DNA of 64,000 nt, taken from assembly GCA_963422735.1 (NCBI GenBank), contig OY730476.1, forward strand, positions 256,001 through 320,000. Direction: 5' to 3'. Shown here one piece after another: positions 28,847 through 36,525 of the stretch (positions within the stretch are counted from its first letter, which is position 1; each line of letters opens with the position of its first letter). The DNA is from Candidatus Latescibacterota bacterium. Its GTDB lineage: Bacteria > Latescibacterota > UBA2968 > UBA8231. Made by a program: the position numbers and the translations under genes. A model generated the notes under the pieces. That model searched no databases, was not told where the DNA came from, and was given only the letters and a program-made list of their open reading frames with translations.

Positions 28847-29857
28847 CTATGGATGTCGGCGGATGATGCGCACGGCTTGGCCGTCCATCAGCCGCTCGTT
28901 GCCGCGCACCACGGCGAGATCGCCGGGCGCGAGATCGCCCGTAACGGCTACGTAGCCCTTGTGCGCTAGTCCGGTCTGAACGGGGTAGCTGACGGCTCTG
29001 CCGTCGCGGGCGAGGTACACGACCTGCCCCTGCGGGCCGGAGACTAGGGCGTCCTTGTGCACTAGGAGCGATGCTTGGGCCTGCGCGAGCTGGAAGCGGA
29101 CCTGTGCGGACATATTGCTGCGCATCCGGCCTTCTGGGTTGAGGGCCCTGACGACGACCGGGAAGGTGCGGGAGGAAGCGTAGCCCTCGGCGAGGATGAC
29201 GGCCACGCGGCCGGCGATGGGATCGCCGCCGAGGGCGTCAACAAAGATGTCTGCGCGGTCGCCCAAGGCGAGCTGCGGCACGTGGCGCTCGGGCACCTCG
29301 ACGATCACGCGGACGGTGTCGATGGAGATTACTTGGGCAATCTCGCCACCGCGCCCGACCCATTGGCCGACCTCGGTAAAGGTCTGGATGATGTGCCCAG
29401 AGAAGGGGGCGCGGACGAAGAGGTCTTCTACTTGCGCTTGGAGACCGGCTAGCTTGGCTTGGGCGCGGGCCAGTTCGTAGGCATCATCGCGCAAGTCTTG
29501 CTCGGAGACCGCGTCGGTGGCGCGCAACTGGCGGCTGCGGTCGTGGTTGAACTGGCGCAGCGCAAAGTCGGCCTGTGCTTCGGCTAGGGCGGCTTGGAGC
29601 GGATCGTTGGCTAACTCGAAAAGGGGGTCGCCAGTGCGCACGGCTTGGCCGGCTTCCTTGAAGTGCCTGACTACTCGCCCTTCGATCTCGGCGGCGACGC
29701 GGCTGGAGCGCCGGGGCTGGATGCGTCCGACAAAGGAGAGGTCTACGACGAGTGGTTGTTCAATGACCGCGGCGACGATGACCGGCGTCGGCGGGTGCTC
29801 TTGGCCTAGGAGCGCACTGGGCAGCAAGGTCAGGAGCAGGAGGAAGACGAAGGGCAT
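28847..29857 (-). CDS. RND periplasmic adaptor (MFP)
   Basis: VAAEIEGRV, VRAPFSG, VPE, SRTFPV and GDLAVVRGNERL.DG. Confidence 0.9.
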   Translation of the reverse strand: MPFVFLLLLTLLPSALLGQEHPPTPVIVAAVIEQPLVVDLSFVGRIQPRRSSRVAAEIEGRVVRHFKEAGQAVRTGDPLFELANDPLQAALAEAQADFALRQFNHDRSRQLRATDAVSEQDLRDDAYELARAQAKLAGLQAQVEDLFVRAPFSGHIIQTFTEVGQWVGRGGEIAQVISIDTVRVIVEVPERHVPQLALGDRADIFVDALGGDPIAGRVAVILAEGYASSRTFPVVVRALNPEGRMRSNMSAQVRFQLAQAQASLLVHKDALVSGPQGQVVYLARDGRAVSYPVQTGLAHKGYVAVTGDLAPGDLAVVRGNERLMDGQAVRIIRRHP

Positions 29858-29928
29858 TTGGATTTCCTTGGAGGCGTGAGAAAGCTGCCAAGAAGGTAGG
29901 GGTTGGATTGAACCGGGACAATGGGGCG

Positions 29929-30723
29929 CTATTTGCGCCGCAAAACGGCGGTCTCCTGCACAAACCGCGTGCGGTAGCACTGGCCCTCGGGGGCCCCGTA
30001 CTGGTCGATCAGGCGCTCGATGCGGCGGATTCGCTCGCCGGTAGGAGGATGGCTGGCGAAGAGTTTTTCTAGGTCGGAGCGCCGTCGCGCTTGCAGCTTT
30101 TTTAGTTTTTCAAAAAAGCGCAGCAGGCCGTGTGGATCGTACCCGGCGGCGATCGCGTAGCGGACGCCGAAGGTATCGGCTTCGCGCTCGTCGTTGCGGC
30201 TGAAGCGAGCACCGCTGAGCTGGGAGGCGATCTCGCCGAGTTGGTAGGGATCTTCGCCGAGGGCGAGGCGGGTGAGGAAGTCCATGCCAAAGCGGGAGGC
30301 GAGTTGGTTGGCCGAGTGACGGCCGACGATGTGGCCGATCTCGTGGGCTAGGACTCCGGCTAGTTCAGCCTCGTCTTCGGCGATCAGCAGCAGGCCGCTA
30401 TAGACATAGAGATAGCCGCCGAGGACGGCAAAGGCGTTTATTTGTTTGGGATCGTCGAGGACCTTAACGCGGTAGCGGATGCCGGGGCGGTCTTCTAAAG
30501 CCGGGGGAAGCAGGGCTTCGGTGACGCGCTGGATATAGGACTGGAGGCGGCGGTCGGGATGGAGGCGTTGTTGGGCTTCGATTTGGGCGGCTAGCCGAGT
30601 GCCGAGTTTGATTTCGGTTTCGTCGGAAATCAGGACATAGCCCAGTACGCGGCGACTGGTGGCGCAGCCGGACGAGAGGGCGCTGGTGGCGACGAGCAGG
30701 ACGAGGAGAATGCGTTGGAGCAT
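29929..30723 (-). CDS. M48 zinc metallopeptidase lipoprotein
   Basis: SSGC lipobox; INAFA.LGG, LAHEIGH, FSR.DE.EAD and SHP. Confidence 0.92.
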   Translation of the reverse strand: MLQRILLVLLVATSALSSGCATSRRVLGYVLISDETEIKLGTRLAAQIEAQQRLHPDRRLQSYIQRVTEALLPPALEDRPGIRYRVKVLDDPKQINAFAVLGGYLYVYSGLLLIAEDEAELAGVLAHEIGHIVGRHSANQLASRFGMDFLTRLALGEDPYQLGEIASQLSGARFSRNDEREADTFGVRYAIAAGYDPHGLLRFFEKLKKLQARRRSDLEKLFASHPPTGERIRRIERLIDQYGAPEGQCYRTRFVQETAVLRRK

Positions 30724-30778
30724 GGCCGTTGGCTTTCTTGCGATGGGTACAGGTTGAACACCAAGCAGCTAGCGCCTG

Positions 30779-31489
30779 TTACTCTTTCTTTTGCGTGCCA
30801 AACTCGATCACTTTTTTTTGCGGCGAGAGGTTGATTTCGTCGAGTACCGTGCCGTCGCGCGTTGTCAGAGCTTGGATGATGACCTCGGCGACGTCGGCTG
30901 GCAGGATGTAGTTGTCGGGGGCTGGGCCGGGGCGAAAGTCCAATTCGTCGAAAAAGGACGACTGGACCATGCCGGGGTTCACCAACGTAACGCGGACGCC
31001 GGCGCGGGCACACTCGGCGCGCAGGGCTTGGGCGAAGCCGCGCAGAGCGAATTTGGCCGCGCAGTACAAGCTGCCTTGGGCCGTGCCAGCGAGCGCGGCT
31101 TCCGATCCCATAAGGACCAAGTGCCCACGCCCGGCCTTTTTGAGGGTGGGGAGGAAAGCGCGGACAACGAAGACGTGACTGGTCAAGTTGAGGTCAATCA
31201 GGGCGCGGATTTGGTCGTAGGAGAATTGCTCTATGGCGCCGAAGCGACCGACGCCGGCATTGAGGACTAGGGCGTCGAGGGCCGGGTAGGCGGCCACGAG
31301 GGTCTGCAGATGCTCGGGGAGTTGGTCGAGGTCGGCTAGGTCGATCGCGTGCGCCTCGAAGCGGCAGTCATCGCAGGGAAATTTGCCAAAGTCGCGGGCA
31401 ATGCCAATGGTGCTATGGCCGTTGGCGAGCAGCATCTCGCAGACGGTGCGGCCAATGCCGGAACTAGCGCCGGTGACTAAGACGCGCAT
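30779..31489 (-). CDS. SDR oxidoreductase
   Basis: TGASSGIG, NAG, YCAAK and NPG. Confidence 0.92.
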   Translation of the reverse strand: MRVLVTGASSGIGRTVCEMLLANGHSTIGIARDFGKFPCDDCRFEAHAIDLADLDQLPEHLQTLVAAYPALDALVLNAGVGRFGAIEQFSYDQIRALIDLNLTSHVFVVRAFLPTLKKAGRGHLVLMGSEAALAGTAQGSLYCAAKFALRGFAQALRAECARAGVRVTLVNPGMVQSSFFDELDFRPGPAPDNYILPADVAEVIIQALTTRDGTVLDEINLSPQKKVIEFGTQKKE

Positions 31490-31496
31490 ATCAGAC

Positions 31497-32498
31497 CTAT
31501 AGGGTGGTGGAGGGGCAGGGGAAGAAAAGCTCGGCGGGAATGTACTGGAGCAATTGATCCACGCAAAAGTCGTGTAGTTTTCTGGCCAAGGCGGGCCGGT
31601 AGGAGACCATGCCGTCTTTTTCCTCTAAGCCATAAGCGAGGAGTTTTTCGTCCGGGTAGAGCCTGTGGATGGTCTTGTACATGCCCTGTGGCAAGCGGAA
31701 CTGACCGAGGCTGACCGAGTGCAGGCGGTCGCGGCGAATTTGTGAGAATACGAGGGCGAACAGATCGCAGTAGCGCTCCTCGTAGGCGCGGTCGTAGATC
31801 AGCGGATCAAAGCGCAGCCCAATGGGCCAACCGCACCCTTGCAGGGCGGCGATGGCCTCCAAGCGCCGGGCCACCGGCGGTGCGCCAACCTCGAATTGGT
31901 CGGCAAGCGCCGGCGGAGTCATGCTAAAGGCGACGACGCAGTTGGGTAGCGGCTCGGCGGCGAGTAGGGTTTTGATGCGAACGCTCTTGGTGCGCAGCTC
32001 AAAGTACGCCTGCGGATGGTCGGCAAAGAAGGGGAGGAAGTCGGCCGTAAAGTGGGTAATGCCTTCTAGCGCGAGGCTGTCGCAGTCGTAGCCGGAAAAG
32101 AAATAGGGAGCATCGGGTGCGTCCGTGGCAATGTGCGAGGCGATGTCCTGTTGGAAGTCCTCGTAGTTGACAAAGAGGACTCGGTGCGCCGAACGGTACA
32201 GGCCTTGGAGGAAGCAGTAGCGGCAGTCGTAGGGGCAGTTAAGCAGGTGCGAGAAATAGTAATTGCGCTCACCGCCGATGCCGTAGCCATCGGGTGCGGG
32301 GAGGACGCGCCGCCCGGCCTTGTGGGCGAGGATGAGCGCGGGGCGGTGCTTTTGCAGACGGAAGTTTTGCGCCGTGCGGTTGAAGACCTCGCCGTAGCGA
32401 GCGCAAGGGACTAGCTGTGCGCGGGGGAAGCGGCTGAGCAGGGCGCGGGTGCGCGGGTGGTCGAGGATGGACTCTTCGGCGTAGATGAAATCGAACAT
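31497..32498 (-). CDS. Spore photoproduct lyase-like radical SAM protein
   Basis: NCPYDCRYCFLQG (CxxxCxxC), FSG..CDSLA, ELRTKS and GLRFDPLI. Confidence 0.85.
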   Translation of the reverse strand: MFDFIYAEESILDHPRTRALLSRFPRAQLVPCARYGEVFNRTAQNFRLQKHRPALILAHKAGRRVLPAPDGYGIGGERNYYFSHLLNCPYDCRYCFLQGLYRSAHRVLFVNYEDFQQDIASHIATDAPDAPYFFSGYDCDSLALEGITHFTADFLPFFADHPQAYFELRTKSVRIKTLLAAEPLPNCVVAFSMTPPALADQFEVGAPPVARRLEAIAALQGCGWPIGLRFDPLIYDRAYEERYCDLFALVFSQIRRDRLHSVSLGQFRLPQGMYKTIHRLYPDEKLLAYGLEEKDGMVSYRPALARKLHDFCVDQLLQYIPAELFFPCPSTTL

Positions 32499-32535
32499 GA
32501 GGCGGCGAGCAGATGGCGTCGTCTAGGTCAACTAT

Positions 32536-33593
32536 TCATATTTTTATGCTACCACATGGAGGCTTGAGGAAAAGGGATCGCCATAAATAATCCTTCGGAG
32601 GTGGTACGCCGATCGTGAGGATGTCCATAAATCCACCACTCTTATCAGATCCTTTAGTTGAAGATACTGGTCCCGCATATAGCTCAGATTCGCATAGAGG
32701 GAAGATCCCGGAGTCCTCTTCAGGCTCGGGATCGTTCCCGTATCCAAAGGACAATATGTTCACCTCATCTGGGATGCTACTGATAAATCGTTGGAGATCC
32801 AGTCCAGTCGAAGAAGAAATATACTCCGCTAAAGCGTCCTGTACAATCCAAATAGTTTTCCCACCCCAAGCCACCCCAACCTGCGATTTTACAATAAGTT
32901 GACTGACCATTCGCGCCCACACTTGTCTATAGCATCTTCAAAAGCCATTCCTATCTGCGTCCTATTATTTTTGTTTCCTCCAGAGGTAGATGAGGTCATA
33001 ACCTCGACTATTACTACTGGATCAGCAGGAAAATCGACCACCCAGTGCTCGCCAGCATGCCTTTCCAGCGTGAAGTTGTTTTGGATTGCAACCTTCTCAC
33101 ATTCCCGCTCGTTCTTTTGGACTAATTTTGATATTTCGCTAAGTGATTTTCTGCATCTTCCTGACAAGACATAGTCGAAGGTGTAGTTGAATGATTTTTC
33201 TTTTTCTTCTATTGAGAATTTTATCTTTACCTCAGACCATGCTCGGTATTCGATTGTTCTATCCAATTCGCTATATTGGATTAGGTCCTCTCGAACTCTT
33301 GCTTGAAGCCGAGAATGGTTGGAATCCCGCAGAGCGAATAAGCGCCTAGGGCAAACAATCCAAGGCTTCCCGCTCACCAAGAGTGAACAGACTCCTACCT
33401 GAACCGTCTCTTTTCCAAGGAACTGCTGAGCTAATTGCGGATGGTTCCGCAACTGCAAAACGGAGAGGTACCTATTGCCACCCCCATCACATTCACTTTC
33501 CATGAATGGACACCAAGCCCTCGTGCGACAATCAATCGCGTCAGAGTGACTTGAGGTTGGTGGATGGCCAAATACTTCAAAAATTTTACTCAT
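32536..33593 (-). pseudogene. NotI-family restriction endonuclease, frameshifted
   Basis: Cys motifs CPF..ECDG, GVCSL, WIVCP.R and EVMTSSTSG; split into ORFs 32889-33593 and 32536-32922 at AFEDAI / YRQVWARM. Confidence 0.75.
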
Positions 33594-34701
33594 TTAGGCA
33601 CTCGAAAATTTTACTTGCTAGAGCCTCTGCAAGAGGTTGCGGAACTGAATTTGCAACTTGCCTATGCTGGTCTAAGTTTTTCACGGTGCCCGTCCTACTG
33701 CGTATAGGTCCTTTTAGAAGATACGAATCGGGATAGCCGTGAATTCTCATATATTCCCGTGGAGTGAGATATCTATCTTCGATGGGATGATAGAAAATCT
33801 CTCCGCACCTCAACGTATTAGCGGGCCTATCCCTATTCAGTCTTAAATACTTTGTAGTATCTTTTGATTTAAGACCTCCGAGTAGTTTTTTATTTAAATG
33901 AGTCTGATCTGCTAGATATGACCCCTCGGGAACCTGTGCGATGCGTTCCCGGTCCCTATCTGGCGTTACATCGACGTGGCTATCCTCGCGGTCGTAGAAA
34001 GTAGTTCCTCTGGTTTTCGGTGAAGGTATTCCTAGATTTTCAATTGCGGAACCGATGCCGAGATGAGGTTTATACGAAAACAATCCATTACATTCTTCTA
34101 GCGGGGCATATATTCGTTCTGGAAAGGAAAAGTCGTTTTTCCCCAGTGTGGCGATTACGAATAATCGCTCTCGCAGTTGAGGTACGCCGTAATCTGCGGC
34201 TAAAACAACTCTCCATTTGGAAGAATAACCAGCGTTTTCTAAGGCTGTTAAAAATTTCTCAAAAATTTCGCCTCTTCGCTGCTCGGATCCTTTTGATGAT
34301 AGAAGCCCTTTTACTTGCTCGACTAAAATCACCTTTGGTTCTAACTCTTCGGAAAACCGAACAATCTCAAATAGTAACATACCTCTCTCGTCTTTTAAGC
34401 CAAGTTGCTTTCCTGCTAGGGAGAAAGATTGACACGGAGGGCCTCCAAAAAGAAGATCGAGTTCGCCTTTCTCTAGGTGTAGGTCTTTGCGAAGTTCGGC
34501 TGGATCAATCTCTCTAATATCTGACTCAACAATTTTAGTATCCCTTTTTTCGCGTTCTCTTGCCGCACGTAGTGTGTTGCAGCAGTGTTCGTCTATTTCT
34601 ATCTGAGCGACAATGTCGAATCCCGCATCTTGTACGCCTATATCCATTCCTCCGGCCCCAGAGAAAAGACTTAGTGCGTTATATTTTTGGGGACTATTCA
34701 T
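33586..34701 (-). CDS. C5-cytosine DNA methyltransferase
   Basis: SLFSGAGG, GGPPCQSFS, EQVKGL, YGVPQLRER, LTPRE..RIHGYP and QVANSVP. Confidence 0.93.
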   Translation of the reverse strand: MNSPQKYNALSLFSGAGGMDIGVQDAGFDIVAQIEIDEHCCNTLRAAREREKRDTKIVESDIREIDPAELRKDLHLEKGELDLLFGGPPCQSFSLAGKQLGLKDERGMLLFEIVRFSEELEPKVILVEQVKGLLSSKGSEQRRGEIFEKFLTALENAGYSSKWRVVLAADYGVPQLRERLFVIATLGKNDFSFPERIYAPLEECNGLFSYKPHLGIGSAIENLGIPSPKTRGTTFYDREDSHVDVTPDRDRERIAQVPEGSYLADQTHLNKKLLGGLKSKDTTKYLRLNRDRPANTLRCGEIFYHPIEDRYLTPREYMRIHGYPDSYLLKGPIRSRTGTVKNLDQHRQVANSVPQPLAEALASKIFECLNE

Positions 34702-34722
34702 CCTGAATTCACTCCTCTATCC

Positions 34723-35532
34723 TCAATAGGTCAAAATTAGTTCTACCTCGTCTAGTCGCCGCTGAAGATAACGTAGCACCTCATCGCGGCTTTGCAAGGC
34801 CAGTAAGTCGTCGTTGACAACGGAAGTCGCCGGTGCCAGCACCTGCCAGCGCACGAGCAAGCCGCGCAATTGGTGCTGTTGCGTGGCGGTAAATGGCCAG
34901 CGGGCGGTTAGCTCGGCGAACCCGGGCGGGTCGGCGTGCAGCGCGTGGAGCTGCTGGCTGAGCGATTGCAGGTGTTCGCCAACGTGGGCAACCATATCGA
35001 GCTGAGCTTCTATCAACACTTCCACTTTCTCCGCATTCAGTGCCTGATAGGAGGATTGCGGATTGTCAGAGACGACCTTGAGGCAGTGGACCCGCTCGCT
35101 GGTGGCAAAGTGCTGCGCGGTCTCGCAAAAGCCGCTGGCTTCCATGTCGTACGCAACGTGGCCAGTAGCTGGCTGGACGCGATCTACGGTATGTAGCAGC
35201 GTGGTGCGGCAGGGCGGCGGCGCGGTGAAGGTGGGGTAAAAGGGCTGGCCGCTGGCCGCATCCACGACTTTGTGCGCTAGTAGGGCCGTACCCACCGCTT
35301 GACTACCGTGTCCGGCGATGCCGATGTTGAGCCAAGCTGCCGGTACACCCCCGATTAGTGCGCGTAGATACGCCGTGGCGGCGGCCGCGGCCACTTTGCC
35401 GATGCCGGAGACAATCAGGTGCGTCTGCTCGCCCGCGCAGATGCGATAGGGATGGCCGTCTAAGGCTCGCAGCCGGTAGTGCGCTACCAGCGGACGGGCT
35501 TCGGCCGCGAGGGCTACGACTAAGCACAACAT
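34723..35532 (-). CDS. Nucleoside phosphorylase/MTA-SAH nucleosidase-like protein
   Basis: VALAAEA, SGIGK, NIGIAG, DMEASG and KVVSDN. Confidence 0.75.
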   Translation of the reverse strand: MLCLVVALAAEARPLVAHYRLRALDGHPYRICAGEQTHLIVSGIGKVAAAAATAYLRALIGGVPAAWLNIGIAGHGSQAVGTALLAHKVVDAASGQPFYPTFTAPPPCRTTLLHTVDRVQPATGHVAYDMEASGFCETAQHFATSERVHCLKVVSDNPQSSYQALNAEKVEVLIEAQLDMVAHVGEHLQSLSQQLHALHADPPGFAELTARWPFTATQQHQLRGLLVRWQVLAPATSVVNDDLLALQSRDEVLRYLQRRLDEVELILTY

Positions 35533-35630
35533 GATGGCTAATATACCAGCTAGCCGCCCCTCGGCAACTCTGTTTGACCCTGCCTGAGTAGGGGCCTAAG
35601 TTCTGGAAGACAAACGAGAAAGGGCACATA

Positions 35631-36500
35631 ATGGACAACGAATTTTTCAAGGGACACGGCCTCGGCAATGACTACATTGCCGTTGATCCGGCCGCGCTCA
35701 GTTTCGAGTTGACGCCGGACAATATTCGCGCCATTTGCGATCGCCATTGGGGCGTGGGCAGCGACGGCATTCTCGCGCTCGCGTCGTCGCAAAAGGCCGA
35801 CTTTGGCCTGAAAATCTACAACCCCGATGGCAGCGAGGCGGAAAAATCGGGTAATGGCCTGCGGATATTTGCCCGCTATCTGTACGCCACCGGCCAAGTG
35901 CAAAAGCAGCGGTTCACCGTCGATACAGAGGGCGGTTTGGTAAGCGTCGAATTGCACGTTGACGAGCATGGCGACGCCAGCGCGGCCACGGTGGAGATGG
36001 GGCGAGCGACGTTTGTGCCAGCGGCTCTGCCCTGCACGCTAGAGGCCGAAGAGTTGGTCGCGCAGCCGATTTGCGCTGGTGGGCAGACCTTAAGCTTTAC
36101 CGGCGTCAGCGTCGGCAATCCCCACTGCATCGTCTTCCGCGAAAAGGGGGCGCAATGGACCGAGGACGAGCTGTGCTCTTTGGGTCCAGAGCTGGAAAAT
36201 CACCCGCTCTTCCCCCGGCGCACCAACGTGCAGCTCGCCGTGCCCGTAGGGCCGCATGAGATCTATATCCTGATATGGGAACGCGGCGCGGGTCACACGC
36301 AGGCATCGGGGTCGTCCGCGTGTGCAGCCGCGAGTGCGGCGGTGCGGCTGGGCTTGGTCAAAAGTCCGGTCGCGGTTAAGGCCCCAGGCGGGAGCTTGCA
36401 CATCGACGTGAGCTCAGACTACGACTTGACAATGAAGGGGCCGGTCGCCGAAGTGGCGCGCGGCGTACTCAGCCCGTCGTTTCTGCGCTCCTTGCGCTGA
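35631..36500 (+). CDS. dapF: Diaminopimelate epimerase-family protein (Ser/Ser variant)
   Basis: KGHGLGNDY, G.GSDG, NPDGSEAEKSGNG, GNPHC, RTNVQ and WERGAG.TQASGSS. Confidence 0.85.
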   Translation: MDNEFFKGHGLGNDYIAVDPAALSFELTPDNIRAICDRHWGVGSDGILALASSQKADFGLKIYNPDGSEAEKSGNGLRIFARYLYATGQVQKQRFTVDTEGGLVSVELHVDEHGDASAATVEMGRATFVPAALPCTLEAEELVAQPICAGGQTLSFTGVSVGNPHCIVFREKGAQWTEDELCSLGPELENHPLFPRRTNVQLAVPVGPHEIYILIWERGAGHTQASGSSACAAASAAVRLGLVKSPVAVKAPGGSLHIDVSSDYDLTMKGPVAEVARGVLSPSFLRSLR

Positions 36501-36525
36501 GCAGTACGTGGTAGCGGGGATTGCA

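Larger units (their letters stand above)
32519..34755 (-). mobile_element. Low-GC R-M cassette flanked by the 8-bp direct repeat TCGTCTAG
   Basis: Repeat at 32519-32526 and 34748-34755; sharp GC drop inside; interrupts a co-directional gene run. Confidence 0.65.
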
